From contig JAFTCN010000010.1 in NCBI GenBank assembly GCA_017454675.1, positions 6,195 through 70,194 of the forward strand: 64,000 nucleotides of DNA, read 5' to 3'. The notes beneath the pieces were generated by a model. That model was given only the letters and a program-made list of their open reading frames with translations. It did no database searches and was not told the origin of the DNA. Below are positions 63,904 to 64,000 of the stretch, piece after piece. The translations under genes were made by a program, and so were the position numbers. Within the stretch, counting starts at the first letter, position 1. Each line of letters begins with the position of its first letter. The stretch comes from Clostridia bacterium. GTDB taxonomy: Bacteria; Bacillota; Clostridia; Oscillospirales; CAG-272.

Positions 63904-64000
63904 ATGAACAAATTCCTGAGTTTCATCAGATCGGGAAAGATCATGATGGCCGCCCACCGCGGCGACAAGGACTGCCGCCCCGAGAACACGCTCCCCGCGT
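63904..64000 (+). CDS. glycerophosphodiester phosphodiesterase-like protein, N-terminal fragment (runs off window end)
   Basis: MNKFLSFIRSGKIMMAAHRGDKDCRPENTLPA contains the H-R-G..P-E-N-T motif of GDPD enzymes. Only 32 codons are visible. Confidence 0.55.
   Translation, partial: MNKFLSFIRSGKIMMAAHRGDKDCRPENTLPA

Overview
This is a GC-rich, gene-dense chromosomal segment with about 52 supportable CDSs, most on the minus strand, plus one tRNA-Ser(GCU). I saw no rRNA, no CRISPR array and no intact mobile element. Gene content suggests a Firmicutes/Clostridia-type genome: era-recO-mutS2, an ECF-transporter S component, dlt-like genes, an ECF sigma factor, genomically encoded tRNA CCA, and many TTGACA-N17-TATAAT promoters. 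That assignment is inference only.

Housekeeping genes include uvrB (partial), proS, an FtsW/RodA-family gene, cysK, metY, a long-form PRPP synthetase, rhaB, mutS2, recO, era, pgsA, rimO, trpS, htpG, ligA, rsmI and asd. Accessory blocks:
- A glycan-processing islet at 7.9-16.6 kb: GH127, an esterase-dehydrogenase fusion, two SGNH hydrolases and a Cys-type sulfatase.
- A LysR-linked sulfur amino-acid module with an ECF S component.
- An ECF sigma / putative anti-sigma pair next to a large EEP+GLUG lipoprotein.
- An amino-acid ABC transporter.
- A lipoprotein-MoxR-DUF58-GH20-htpG string.
- An OhrR-type gpx operon and a zur-znuCB operon.

The best candidate for an undescribed system is the five-gene plus-strand operon at 37164-43425. 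It encodes an orphan SBP-like lipoprotein, a DltC-like carrier protein, an MBOAT, a DltA-like adenylase and a fold-type-II PLP enzyme, with no DltD. Other unexplained structure:
- Two identical 73-nt copies of a group-IIC-intron domain V/VI-like element.
- A (CCACTGT)n heptanucleotide array abutting the pgsA stop codon, and a related pyrimidine-rich tract between moxR and the DUF58 gene.
- Phased GGCGGTAG repeats upstream of an SGNH gene.

Many long ORFs in the track are antisense or alternate-frame artefacts of the high GC content and were rejected. All functional calls come from by-eye motif recognition; no searches were run.
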